NCBI GenBank assembly: GCA_973851085.1
Contig: OZ316775.1
Coordinates: 20,398,001-20,462,000, forward strand
Source of the DNA: Ptychomitrium polyphyllum
Taxonomy: Eukaryota
Direction of reading: 5' to 3'
DNA length: 64,000 nucleotides
Both the position numbers and the translations under genes were made by a program. Of the stretch, positions 23,166 through 37,500 are shown piece by piece (within the stretch, counting starts at the first letter, position 1; the number at the start of each line of letters is the position of its first letter). Under the pieces are notes generated by a model. It worked only from the letters and a program-made list of their open reading frames with translations. It had not been told where the DNA came from and ran no database searches.

Positions 23166-25331
23166 ATATATAGAGCAATTAATACTTTCACTTTATTTCT
23201 TTTAATTATGTTAAAAGCAATATGCTCCAAATTTTTATACAATGATGTGAAATGAATCTATATTCTATTTACTTTTGATATAAATAGTTACTCAATTATA
23301 TCACATTTGGATTGCCTTTGCATTAATTGTTGATTTATATATCTTTATTACTTATTCTTTGTCTCACTTGCAATAGAAATACTATTATATTTTAGTTTTT
23401 ATAAATTATAGGTGTCATTAAACAAATCTAGAATTTATATATAAATAAATATTGGAAATTCAAAAATAACCTTTTTAAGAGTATAATTTCTTATTGGCTT
23501 CAATTTGTACTTGTGGAAACCAAATATGTTATGTTAATGCCCAATTTGAAGTCAACATTCTTTATGTGCATAAAATTTTATATAAAAATGAACTATTAAA
23601 ACATCAAAGTCCATAATTCACCATACAAATCATTGAATTTACATATTAAGATGTTTGATCTTTATTGAATAGACACTTTATTTATAGATGCCTTACAAAA
23701 AGAACCAAAATTATTTTATTTATGTACATGTCTATAATAAATACATACTTAATCTCTAGAATTCATTTCAATAGTAGCTTTTGCAAAGTACATGAATTTT
23801 AAGTATCTAATTTGTATCATGTTGTATATAGATCCATTAATTCTATTTCAAAAGTTAAAAAAAGAATAGATTACTCAATTATTTGTAAAATTCAAATTTT
23901 CCTTTACAAAACAAAATAAATGTATTTAAAAATATAAAAACTTCTCTTAAAGAAGAACTACTTGAGTAATAAATTGAATCAGAAACAAAATACATTTACT
24001 TGAATGATGGTAAGAAAATCATATCAAAATTTAAATTGCATATTTTGCCTTTTTAATTGATAATCTTAAAACATTACTTTAAGATAAATATCATAGGTGA
24101 AGAAAATAAATTTAATGGTGAGGTGTACAGGATGACCATTTAACTTTTAAGAAAGAAGTGCAAATAGAACTAAAAAGATAAGACAATAATAGGAATTCTA
24201 TATAAAAATTTAAAAATAAAATTTCACACTGTAATCTGAGGTGTCCATTGGAAAGTGATCCTTGTGATGTCGGTGCCAAACACGGATGGAGTATTTAAGT
24301 TATTTTCAGAAATAATACATCACTTCATGAAGATAGGTTCTGCTTCCGCTCCAACTATTCACCATAGCACACTACTTTTAAAATGATTCATCATCCAACT
24401 TGAGATACCTCCGTGGCAATGAGCAACCATGTCAGCCATGCCCTTCTGCATACAAAGAAATGAGTTGTATACTTCATTTGACCTGCAGATTACTAAATTA
24501 AAGAATATGTGCTCACTCTCACACTGTCTTAATCAAATTTCTCCAATATCGACAAGGACTTGCACAAACTCGAACAAAAAAAAAGAAATGATGAGATCAT
24601 CATGGATAAAAAAGAAAACTGCATACCAATGCAGATGTACTAAAATTTGGGCATCATAACCTAATACCTTCGTCCAAATCCATAACCATACACTTTCACT
24701 TTCGTTCTGTCTACGACTTTCGTTCCCACAATAACATATCAATCCACTTTGGACTATTCACAGTTCCTGCACTTGAGCTTATTCGAATTAACACGTTACA
24801 TATGCAAAAAAGCTATACTTGTCATGCATAACAAAAATGCGCTTTGACTTCCGACCACTAACTTTCAAATAAGAAGAAAACATTCTCAGGAGAGATAAAC
24901 TTGCTCGAGAAAACCTGGACCCACGCCCATGACCACAACACACCCACACATTTGCGAGCAGTGACTGCACTCCATCCCTGGGACCCAAAACCAACCACAC
25001 CATCTCACTGCCCGTGCACCGCAAACCACTCCCACCACAACCGCATTCCAAAACCTCCCCATACGCCTTTACACATACGTACTCTTTATTTAAAGAATCG
25101 CCTACCTCGAGCAAAATTGCTCCGCCGCTATAAATTCACATTCCGTCTCCGTACTCTGTACTACGCCAGGACCCTCCCCCGCCCCTGCCCCGCTAACTAC
25201 GACCCCGCACCTGCCACTCCGTGCGCCACTGTCACCTTCGATCCCGCTACTCCTACAATCCCAAACTCCCCTCCGCTCCTACCACCAAAGCAAACACGTC
25301 ACCAATACAGTTGCCCTCGCGCTCCGCCGCC

Positions 25332-26390
25332 CTACTTCCGGGCCGGGGTCTTCCTGTTCGGCTCGAACACGAACTTCTTCAGCGACTCCTTGATGCCCAG
25401 CATCTCCGGAAACTCCCCCGCCAGCTTCGACGCGTCCATCTCGTTGTTGCTCCGGGCCGCCACGATCACCTTCGCCTGCTCCTCCACCGTGAAGTTCACC
25501 CACGACAGCTCCGGCTCGATGTACTCCTTGTACATCTCCATGATCTCGTTGTGGCTCACCACGCCCGGGTTCGTGAAGTTCCAGATCCCCGTCAGGTTCC
25601 GCTTCGCCATCTCGATCGAGATCGGCAGCAGCTCGTCCAGCACCGTCATGCTGTTCGGGATGTTCACGATCTTCTGGTACCGCACGATCTTCGAGATGAA
25701 GTTGCGCGGGTTCTGCAGGTCCGACGAGATCGGCATCCGCACGCGCAGCGTGCACACATTGTCGAACTCCTTCAGCAGCTCCTCCACCTGCACTCGCCCC
25801 ACCCCGCCCCGCAATTAGCCCCCCGACCACCACCGCACACACCACCCGCTACCACCCCACACCGCACAACCGCCGCCCCCCGCATTGTGCGCCCCTCTCA
25901 CCATGGCCTTCGTCTTCGAGTAGTACGACCCGGCGAAGTTCGGCGTGTCCTCCTCCTTGAACCCGACGCCGCTCCCCAGCGGGTGCTTCTCGTCGTACTC
26001 GAAGATGCACCCCGTCGCGTAATTCATCAGCACCAGCCCGCTCTCCCGGCACACGTCCGCCAGCGTCAGCGTGCCCACCACATTGGCGCGGATCGTCTCC
26101 ACCTTGTGGCTCTCGCACCAGTCCACATTCGGCCGCCCCGTCACCCCCGCAGCATTGAACACGTGCGTCGGCTTCGCCGCGGCTATGTCCGCCTCCAGCG
26201 AGCTCCGGTTCTCCAACCGCCCGGACCCATACTCGTACGCGATCCCCTGCCCCTCGCACAGCTTCCCCAACAGCCCCCCGATCCACCCAGTGCGCCCGTA
26301 GATCAAAAACTTCAATCCGCCGCGCACCTTCGTCCCCGCGCTCTCCACCTCCTTCCCCAGAGCTGCCTCGCCATGCCCATTCGCCGCCAT
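25332..26390 (-). CDS. NRS/ER: NRS/ER copy 2; exons 26390-25902 and 25787-25332; 314 aa
   Basis: Near-identical to copy 1 (offset 6348). Protein differences seen: VEELL vs VEDLL and C-terminal PARK vs PAPK. Confidence 0.95.
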
Positions 26391-29300
26391 CTCCAACCCC
26401 GAGCTCCGCCAACCCAATCCCCACAGCAGCCACCCGCTTCAGATCCCCACCTCCGGAGCACCGCACTCGCCGCGCAGGCCTCGCTGGTTCCTGTCACAAG
26501 TCCCCGGATGCGATCGAAAGATGAGACGCTAGCTGGGCATCGCAGCCGCACTATAAATGCCGCAGATCTGAGCGCAGCAACCAGGCTAGGATGACGATTG
26601 CCGTCGAAGATTAAGAATTGCGGGCGCAGGGCAACGGAACTGACAGCAGTGAGGGCGATGAGAGTGCCCAATATATGATTCTGTCCAAGGAGAGGTGTGC
26701 CGTGTGATCTGTTACCAACCAAGAGACCTCACAGTGCACTGGTTAACTCTGTTGGAGTGGAGCGGAGCAGTGGCTTTGGTGTCCGAGCCTGGGAAGCTTG
26801 AGCTTCGGCCTCCGAGCTTCTGTGGCGGTGGATAAAGTGCTTAACAACCGCCGTCGGATCCTTGTTGGGAACGTGTTGAGCTGAACAGCGTGGGCAGGGG
26901 AACATGACTGAGAGGCTAGCGATGGGGCACAGTGTCGGGACCAGAGCATTATTGTGCACAGGGTTCATCATAGTTGGAAGTGGGCATGGGTTTGTCATTT
27001 TTGGGCCAGGAGAGGCTTTGATGACCGTGGGACTTGGGGGACTTGAAGTTGGGGACGGTTTAGGGAGCTTCGAGCTTGGGGGACTTCGGGGGGCTTGGAG
27101 GTGGGAAATTGGACTTTGGATATTTGTTTTGGAGGTGGTCTTAGTTTATTTGTTGATGGATTATCTGATTATCACTTGAAGTATTTTATCACATGCAAAT
27201 CAATAAACATTTAGATTGTATAAAGTGATTAAAAGAAGATAAGACCAGTTTGTTGGATTGTATATAACATTCTTGGGGAATTAGTTTTATTTGTTGTCTT
27301 GCTAAAGTGGAATTTTATTTTGAAATGTTTGGTTTTGTCAATGTTAGAGAATACTTATTGAAACTTGTGGCCATTTATGATCCTAATTCTCCAATCTTCA
27401 TTAGTATACCTTCACAAACTTGTATCGATTTGTTGTTTCATTCATTTACTTTAATCAATATTGATTATTCAAATTTTAATATAAAAATGGATTAATGTCA
27501 TGTAAATACAAATTAAGTACTTTCATTCTTAAAAGAAATAATATATATGGAAATTAATTTTGTATAAATATTTTAAAATTCTACATATTATTATAGTGGA
27601 TTTATCATTGAGGTGGATTTTATATGCAGTTGGTTATTATATATGTGCATTTATCTAATGAAAGGAATAAAAATAATGACTACAATGAGTATGCTTGCAT
27701 TTCCTTTTTTTTTTGAAATGCATTGAATGTAAGGTATATATTTAATTAGCTTCTTTTAATTTCTTGCTATATTAATCTATATTCTTTATCTTCTATAATA
27801 AAATAATCTTTTAGTAAATAAAAAAATATTTTTTCTTTAGTTTAATAGGTTATTGTAGATTAGTTCATTGTTGTAGATTGTACATTTCTTAGGTATCAAA
27901 TGCATTAAAATCCTGCACTATTGGATCATTTTTTTTTAACTCATTTTAAAATCCAAATTTAAATTAAATTGCATTGATGGCCTTAATGATTGTATTTTAA
28001 TCCAATTCTGCATTAAAACTTGTATTTTTATAAAATAATTTAATAAATATTTCAAAGTGATTTTTGAATTGCTAAAAAAATTCTTATCTCATAATCACTT
28101 AAATTTTAAATTCTCCAAGATTCATTCCAATTCCAATTTCAACAAAGTCCTTTAAATTCCAATTTCCTAACACCAAATGCCGTAAAGTTCTTTGAAGTCC
28201 AAATCTTACAAATTACAAATTCTACAAATCTTCTCATGCTTTAAGTCCTTTACTTGATTGAACCTCTTCAAACACAAAAAGTATTTAGCATAGATGAAAA
28301 AATTATGAACTTACATCAACTTACAAGAATAATTGGATATCTCTAAACTTTGCTATAATAAATTATTGCTTTAGAATTTTTGAACAAGTTTTAAATATTG
28401 TTGGATATATGCCATATTACATGTATTTAACAATTTCAACATTCCAAAATGATATAAAGTCCTATTATTACTAATCATAATTTATATGAGAATTTTATTT
28501 TTTTTCAAATGTACAAAATTTTAAGGAACTCTTCTATTAGAAAGATGAAAATATTTTGGAAATCATTTGCTAAAGAAATTTATGAAAATAAAGACAAGAA
28601 TTCAACAAAATCCTATAACTTTTTGTAGATTCAAGGTTTGGATTGTGTTAATTTAAGGTTTTTGTATTTTAGATTAAATTCCCTTTTTAGCCATGTGTTT
28701 CTAATACATACACATAAGATGGATGAAATGAGTGAAAACAGTTGTAATGGTGATAGAAGTTTGAAATGGTAAGCATAACAATCTTTAATGATTCTAGTAT
28801 CAATGTTTTTTGAAAATAATTTTTTTTCATTCAAAGGCACAAGTTCATTGTCATAATCTTATTTTAATAAAAATTAAGAAAATTTATGCACCCAGTAATT
28901 AAGTTAGACTCATACCTTTATACATTCATTACCATATATCTTCACTATCATTTATTATTTGATTTATACTTCTAGTTGAATTCCATATATAAAGTGTGTT
29001 TATAAAATATAAGCACAAGAATCCAAGACATCCAAAAAAACCTAGGATGAGCAAATTGGTAACAAGAAATAGAAGTAAGGATGAGCTGCACTTTTACACT
29101 TTCCAAATTAAGGATAATTGCTTCCACCTTCCCAAGAATGCTATGAGATGAGGATGCACGTGTAATAATAATTTTATTTATTATTTCAAGAATACTCCAG
29201 CCACACAAGAGAGTCACCATTTTATAAGCAAATATTTATTTATTTAAAAATGATAAGGTTTTATCTTGACAAATGAAAATTATATATAGAGATGAGTAAA

Positions 29301-29420
29301 AACAATCCAAAATGGCTCCAAGTAGCAAACTAATTTATGTTGTCTTCATTTTTGTCCTCAAAATTATTCTTTTCATTTTTTAGAATCGTTTTTGAGTGAC
29401 CTGGTATGTGCCCACTGTAC

Positions 29421-29509
29421 CTTCAAGCCATAGGTTCTAGATATAGATAATTCTTCAAGCCATGGGTTCTAGATAATTCTTGAAGCCATAGATTCTAGAT
29501 AATTCTTGA
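29421..29509. repeat. ~26-bp tandem repeat x3
   Basis: CTTCAAGCCATGGGTTCTAGATAATT-like unit repeated three times. Confidence 0.8.
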
Positions 29510-32400
29510 TAAGTATGGAGGAAATGCATACATGATTTCAGAGGATAAACTTTGGATTAAATCCGCAGTTCAGAAGTACTATGTATGAGTGATCTTTGAT
29601 GTACATTGAACTCATTGCATTTGACATCCAGAGCGGGAGAAGGAAAGACTTTAAGGCCTGAAAACCCAAGTGTGGGCTCTGGGGTCCCTCAGTTGTGGAC
29701 CCTGCATGTGGAAGTTACTTGAATCAGAAGACTCAGACCATCATTTCAAAGAAATGATTTGCCAACCTTGTGAGTCATCACGGAGCAACAGCCTATGGAT
29801 TTATGGACCTTCACATCATTCATGAGTGCTCCATCTTTCTGATTACAGAATTCTCTGGCAGGACATCAGAGCTTTGATAATTTGCAAGCAAGACTTTTAT
29901 TTTTGTTTCTTACATTTTTATGTATGTTATATTTTTTGGCACAATGCTTGAAAGTTTGCACAAGACCTTCAATGTGTACACAATGCTTAACATTTTTAGC
30001 TGTGAGGACTCCTGTGTATGCAAATTCTGTATATTGACTGTATATACAGGTGCATATTCAATCTATTAAGTTTTTGATTTTGTGGAGGTAATAAAAACAG
30101 TTAGCATTATCTTGTACAGAGAATACATCAAGCAAGTCAAGAAGCTATAGTCAGTCAAAAAGCTATCAAGAAGCTATTGTCATTTTTTGACAATGAGAAT
30201 ATTACATTACTTTGGCTTTAAGTGAAAAGCAATGCTAAGGTGCACTTGCGATGCACAAACAACAATAAGTTTTGTTTGAATGTGGCATTAATGATTGTTT
30301 ATCTTCAAAATATGATGTTTCTTGTTTTGCTTTGGTAAATTTACTTTGCTATATAGTAAAATGAGGAGTATAAATTGTGATTAAAACAATGTATCAAATG
30401 ATACAACTTTAGATAAAAATTACAAGAAATAGCCAAATTGCTAAGCAACAAATTTCAATACAAGAACAACCTTGTTTTCCACAAGTTTTCTTATGCTCTT
30501 ATTTTTACATTAAGACTATGAATAAGTAAGTCTAGAAAAATGGCTACGAGCCTACAACATGGATTCATGTGCAATCCCCCTTGTTCATGTGCAATCAGAC
30601 TGAAACTTTGGATAAACAATTATCGAAATTGGAATTATGATCTCACAGGTACAGTGGTCAAGAGCTGTCCTTGAAGGTTGTGAGCGGGTGTGATACCAGT
30701 AGTAGGCATAGAACTTTTGTGCAGGAATGCTGCACTCATGGTATTTGAGATACTGCTCAAAGGGCATCTACTTTGCAACTGTAATGAACATTATAACTGC
30801 AAATATTTGGTTATTTTTGCAGGGAAATTTGACGTAAAATGAATATTAGAACTGCACTGCAAGACTGGGTGAAGTGGTGAAGTGCCAGCTCAATAGATCC
30901 ATCCAATTTCAGACATTTTGTCTCTCCTCAACTTCGCATGAATTCGTACCCTGTTGTTGTAAAGTTCTCCCATGTTACATACCTGGTTACTTTCAAGTTC
31001 GTGTTAAGTTTAGGGAGCACATATCATGGAAACTTGTGCTCCCCCTTACACACGTATTAGTGTCCTGATGTGCTTTCCGATTAAAGATCAATGATTTCTG
31101 CATTCTCACACTTTGAGCTTTGGAGCATTCACTCATTAAGCTCAATGATGATTTCAAACCTCATTCTCATCACTGTAGATAACATTCCTGTAGGGTTTAA
31201 GATCAAAGAAACAGAATTGCAAAAAATTTACTATATTAAAGCTTCAAATCAAGTTTCAACATAAACAAAATTTATAATAATGTATAGTAAATGACCACAT
31301 TGGTTTTCTTGATAGATATTAATACGACAAGAATTTTAGCCCTCACTACGTTCCATGAGATGCAAAACAGACTTTCAATTCATAACACACGCAAAATTAA
31401 GGCAAAGGTAGTGTACCAAAGATTTGTAGTCAAGCTATTATAGACTGGTTCGTTGAAGATAGCGGAAGGACCAAGGTCATCACCTAGGACACAGTGATAA
31501 TTCACACTGACTGGTTCAGAATCACATTCGTACTTTCGTTTCATTGCAAATACCAACCCCATCACTTCTACCGTTGGCACTCCAATGAGACCAGCCTCTC
31601 GCATCGGTGTAGTGAAATCACATCTTTCGATCCTAAGCGCTGTGCCGCAACTACACCTTCCTTCCACGCTACATATCTACAAGTCACCTTCCCACGCTGC
31701 AAATCCTACCACCGAGTTTTACATTTGCCTTCTCTGAAGAAATCACTAGAACTTCCAAATCCCCCAACTTTCAGATCCCCCACTATTCCTGAACTGCCCA
31801 CCGTAACCCCCGTACCCCAAGAGTGCTGATAATACACCATCCACACAGCTCTTTCAAGCTGACGTGCACTACGTAATACATCCGCCATGTACGAAACTCT
31901 CAGGTCAAACAAGTTGAAAGCCACCAATAGCTTCAAATAACTGTATACAATATACAACACATCCACCAACCGATACTAGTAACCTCAACCTCCGTCTATG
32001 ACCACAACACACCCACACATTTGCGAGCAGTGACTGCACTCCATCCCTGGGACCCAAAACCAACCACACCATCTCACTGCCCGTGCACCGCAAACCACTC
32101 CCACCACAACCGCATTCCAAAACCTCCCCATACGCCTTTACACATACGTACTCTTTATTTAAAGAATCGCCTACCTCGAGCAAAATTGCTCCGCCGCTAT
32201 AACTTCACATTCCGTCTCCGTACTCTGTACTACGCCAGGACCCTCCCCCGCCCCTGCCCCGCTAACTACGACCCCGCACCTGCCACTCCGTGCGCCACTG
32301 TCACCTTCGATCCCGCTACTCCTACAATCCCAAACTCCCCTCCGCTCCTACCACCAAAGCAAACACGTCACCAATACAGTTGCCCTCGCGCTCCGCCGCC

Positions 32401-34590
32401 CTACTTCCGGGCCGGGGTCTTCCTGTTCGGCTCGAACACGAACTTCTTCAGCGACTCCTTGATGCCCAGCATCTCCGGAAACTCCCCCGCCAGCTTCGAC
32501 GCGTCCATCTCGTTGTTGCTCCGGGCCGCCACGATCACCTTCGCCTGCTCCTCCACCGTGAAGTTCACCCACGACAGCTCCGGCTCGATGTACTCCTTGT
32601 ACATCTCCATGATCTCGTTGTGGCTCACCACGCCCGGGTTCGTGAAGTTCCAGATCCCCGTCAGGTTCCGCTTCGCCATCTCGATCGAGATCGGCAGCAG
32701 CTCGTCCAGCACCGTCATGCTGTTCGGGATGTTCACGATCTTCTGGTACCGCACGATCTTCGAGATGAAGTTGCGCGGGTTCTGCAGGTCCGACGAGATC
32801 GGCATCCGCACGCGCAGCGTGCACACATTGTCGAACTCCTTCAGCAGATCCTCCACCTGCACTCGCCCCACCCCGCCCCGCAATTAGCCCCCCGACCACC
32901 ACCGCACACACCACCCGCTACCACCCCACACCGCACAACCGCCGCCCCCCGCATTGTGCGCCCCTCTCACCATGGCCTTCGTCTTCGAGTAGTACGACCC
33001 GGCGAAGTTCGGCGTGTCCTCCTCCTTGAACCCGACGCCGCTCCCCAGCGGGTGCTTCTCGTCGTACTCGAAGATGCACCCCGTCGCGTAATTCATCAGC
33101 ACCAGCCCGCTCTCCCGGCACACGTCCGCCAGCGTCAGCGTGCCCACCACATTGGCGCGGATCGTCTCCACCTTGTGGCTCTCGCACCAGTCCACATTCG
33201 GCCGCCCCGTCACCCCCGCAGCATTGAACACGTGCGTCGGCTTCGCCGCGGCTATGTCCGCCTCCAGCGAGCTCCGGTTCTCCAACCGCCCGGACCCATA
33301 CTCGTACGCGATCCCCTGCCCCTCGCACAGCTTCCCCAACAGCCCCCCGATCCACCCAGTGCGCCCGTAGATCAAAAACTTGTAAGTGGGATCTCTTGTG
33401 ACATTCTTGAGCGGAGAGAGCACCTTCGACACTGTACCGTTAACCAAGCCCTCGCTATGACCGTTAGTTGTCGCTGGCGCTTCCTGCGGTACCACCTCCA
33501 GCACCTGCTCACCTTTCTGCATCTCTGCCAGCTTCTCCACTCCGGGCATGGTGAGTGCACGGGGGTGAGGGACAAGAGCGCCGGAGACATCGCCCCACCA
33601 GTCGGGATGACTCATATACCAATCCTTGGTCTTTTGCAGACCATCGACCCAGCTCGTCCTCTCCTGCCACCCCAGATTGACAAGCTTCTGGTCATCAAGG
33701 AAGTAACGCTGGTCGTTAAAGGGACGGTTGTCCACCATTTTGATCGACTTCTTGTAGTCTAGGTTGTAGAGTCCGCAGATGTCCTTCGCAACGTCAATGA
33801 CACGGCGCTCCTTCTTCGTTCCGATGTTGTACACATGGCCAACGACACCCTTGTGAAGCACGCACTCAAAAGCCTCAGCTACGTCCTCGCAATAGAGGTA
33901 ACTCCGGACATTGGATCCGTCACCGTGGATCGGCAATGGCTTCCCCTGCATTGCGAGCAGGATGAATTTGGGAATCAGCTTCTCCGGGAACTGGTTCGGC
34001 CCATAGACGTTGTTACCACGAGTGGTGATGCAAGGGAGGCCGTAGGAGCGCCCGTAGGCCATCACGAGCATCTCCGCGCCAGCCTTCGTAGCAGAATAGG
34101 GGTTTGTGGGCAGCAGCTGCGACGCCTCGTGGTTTCCTACGATGGCCTCGGCCTCAGTTTCCCCGTATACCTCATCCGTACTCACGTGAATGAAACGCTT
34201 GATCTGGCCCGTGACTTTGCAGGCCTCGAGGAGCACATGAGTACCGTAGATGTTGTTCTTCGTGAACTCGAAACTGTTACCGAACGAGTTGTCGACGTGG
34301 GTCTGGGCAGCGAAGTGCATGATCGTGTCGATGCCCTCCGTGATGAGCAGGTAGTTCACCAGATCGGCACTCGCAATGTCACCCTTTACAAACTTGAAAT
34401 TCTTCGACGCCTTCGAGGGAAACAAGTTCTTAAGATTCGAGCAGTAGTCGAGTTTGTCCAGAACCACGATCTTGTAGTCCGGGTAGTTGCGAATCAACCG
34501 GTTCGCCACGTGCGAAGCGATGAAACCCGCAGCGCCTGTGATGAGAATGTTCTTTGGCACATAGGCAGCGCTCTCACCCGGATTCCCCAT
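32401..34590 (-). CDS. RHM: Trifunctional UDP-L-rhamnose synthase (UDP-glucose 4,6-dehydratase plus 3,5-epimerase/4-reductase); exons 34590-32971 and 32856-32401; 691 aa
   Basis: N-domain ITGAAGFIASHV, HFAAQTHVDNSF, HVSTDEVYG, PYSATKAGAE. C-domain GRTGWIG, YSKTK. Probable 5'-UTR intron at 35039-34644. Confidence 0.96.
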
Positions 34591-37500
34591 CGCCGCAAGC
34601 TCGACGGATCCGCCCACTCCACAGCCCGAAAGACAACCCTACTCTGCAAACAGCAAAATGCCAAAACCTTATCAACAAAAACCCCTCCCTTCACAGATCT
34701 AAAACCTACAACTTTATCAACATAACTCGACTTACCGCAGTGATCTACAACGTACAACTTCGCACCTTTTCTTCTTCTCACCGCAACTCCACACGCACTT
34801 AACCCCGTGGCCTCCAGAAAAAGTGCAACTTAACACCCCGATCTCACAGTTCACCAACAAGTCACAGATCTCTCAACCAAATCTCTCCTCCTCACTCTTG
34901 CACCTCAAACAACGCCTACTTCACAGACAACCAGTTCGCCACACCTCACACAAATTCGCACAGCTGCTCCTGATGCCAAAACCTAGATCTCATATTCCAA
35001 ACGCCACAGATCTCAGAGCGAGGTAACAGCGGTGGGTACCTGCGTACGAAATAGGAAAGCTGGGTCGGCGAAAGCGGCGGAGAGGATGGGAAACGAAACA
35101 GCAGGGTCTTCTGTGCTGTTCTGCGGATGCAGAGAGGCTGCAGAGCGTGAATGACTCCGCAGAGGCGATGGGTCAGGTTTGTATTCTTATGATGATTCGA
35201 GGGAAGGGAAGCAGCGAGGCCGGTGCAGAGCAACTGGCAGGACTCACAACTCGTGCATAGGGCAGTAGTGTTGGCATGCGTATGACTGCGATTGTACCCT
35301 ATGATTGCGGAACCCTAACTGAGATCCTAACAATGCGCGTTTCTCTCACGCACGCGTCGTCTCACTCTAGCCTCCGATAACCGCCAAGCTTGCGAAACCA
35401 TGTCCATGGGCCGCGGCCACTTAATTGTGCTTTCTCGCATTCAGTTCATCAACTTATGTCGTTATTTTATGCTTCGGCTGTGTTTACTTATCAGAGGGCT
35501 GATGTGGGATGCCGATGATGTATCGTCATAAGTTGCACTTTACTCCCGGCTTTCCTTCGTCTGCTGCTGCTCCGCTTGTCGAGATAGGTTTTGTTACGGT
35601 AATGGTTTGCAGTTGCTGTAATCGGGTGATTATGTTTCGCTTTACAGTGACGTTTTTGAGTAGTGGCTTAGGTTTTGCGAAATTGGCTAGGATAGGGAGT
35701 GTTGGTCATTTTGAGCCTTCGGACATGCATGAGTAGGTGGGTAAGTTTCTGGTTTAGTACATAAGCGAATCTGTCATGTGATGTGGAATGCTTTCTTATG
35801 TTTATCGGTGAGGTGCGGTCAGTTTTGCGTTTGGTAGTCTTTTGTTCGGCGTTGGATATGTCAGAGACATGTACGTTTCTCTGCTTGAGTGTTTAATTCG
35901 GTGTCCTTCGTTTTTGACAACATATGATCCAAACGACAGTGAAGTCTATCTCCGTACGCTCGACGTCCTCATCTATAATTCACGAGGTACTCCACTTGTA
36001 CTTCTGGCAGCAGTGCTTCCCGTACGTTAACAATTCTTTTTTGTCGAATTTTGCTTAAAGAAGAATGCGTCACGTTGTGTGACAGTGTGGAGCAATCATA
36101 CCGAAGTGTGCGAGGAACTGGAGTATCTTAGCACGGTCACTTTCAACGGCTGTTTGAGAATCCATGGCAACCATAGCCATTATACACAAGCAATTACGCA
36201 ATATGCAACCACGACAGTGTAGCTTCAGACAGTTCGAAGAAACAAAGCATGTCCAAATAATGGGTTCAATGATGTGCAATAATACAAGAAACACCGAGAC
36301 CGTGGCAGATCGGAGACTGAATATGCACATGTTTCATTCACAAGTACAGCCTTTCCTTTCACCAGGTCGAGAACGATACAGTAAAACTGCTCAGGGTGCT
36401 TTCTTCGGCGTTTCTCGGACGCGCTATGAACAATCCAACGTTCTGTAGCGAAGTGGATCCAAGGATCCAAGTTTCTGGGAGCTTGCACGCCATCAGTAAA
36501 TTTCCTCGTTCTAGACTTGCACTTCCAGAATCGGCTGTGATCAGCTTCAAAACCACCGAGAGGCAAAGCAATGAAAGAATCCCACGTTGCTCATGCGAGC
36601 AAGGAAATTGGTTACAAACAATAGACTTGAGGTAGTGATGATGCACTGATGCCTTCCTTACGATGATTACCATGGTGATGCATCTCAGATGGTGTGTTGC
36701 ATTTCTTCCAGCTCTTGGAATCGAACCTCATTTTTCATTAACTCAGTAATCTTTTTACTGTGTACACGTTTTTGATACACTTGCAAACACAATACCACTG
36801 TAGAGGTAAGTACAGACGGCACCAGCTATCCAATCTTGGTACTCTTTTACACCTTGGTAGATGCACCTGTCTGAATCAACCCCACCGCCTTTACACTGTG
36901 ATTGGGGCGTGCTTGTGGTGCACCTGGAAATGGTTCAGCCGGTTGATTCAATTACACTAAGGGTGGCTTTCCACTAGGGGCCAAGGGCTGTGGACTTTAC
37001 ACTGCGGAGCAAAGTGGAGCCTTCACTATCAAAAAGAGGCCAAGTAGAGAAAGGTCCCCATGCATCTCGAGGAAGAGTGGTGGTCTTCCATTCTTGAAGG
37101 TTCCATCATCATGTGATCTCAGCTCAATATTGAGCAATATCAATTAAAAAAATAGTTATGGTTTCATGGAAAAAGACCATAAGTAAATAGTAACGTGAAT
37201 GTATGCATATTGTTCCAATGAGACTATAAATTGCCCACCAAAGTCAATAAAATTTGGTGATTGTTTGGATTGTTGAAAATTTAAAAGTTTAATACATGTT
37301 TTCAAAAGAATCACCATTGAAATTTTTATACAAGCCTTTGGACATTTCTAATGGTGGTATTTTCAAGTATTTATTTTATATAAATAAAAATTTGACATTT
37401 TTAATAAATTGGTATGAGCCTTCAAGACTGTCTTAAGGTCTAATATTACTGCTTCCTAATTTTGGATCAGATAACCTTCATGCTCACCATTGTTGCAATC

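Noticed and set aside
25100..25110. Possible 3'-UTR splice donor (GAG|GTAGG, minus strand) shared by NRS/ER copy 2 and RHM
   Set aside because: Motif only; the acceptors are ambiguous and there is no transcript evidence.
18927..33762. Long plus-strand ORFs (439, 457, 490, 305, 288 aa) and alternative-frame minus ORFs over NRS/ER and RHM
   Set aside because: These are shadow ORFs caused by very high GC3 in the real genes. They are Arg/His/Pro-rich and carry no recognisable motifs.
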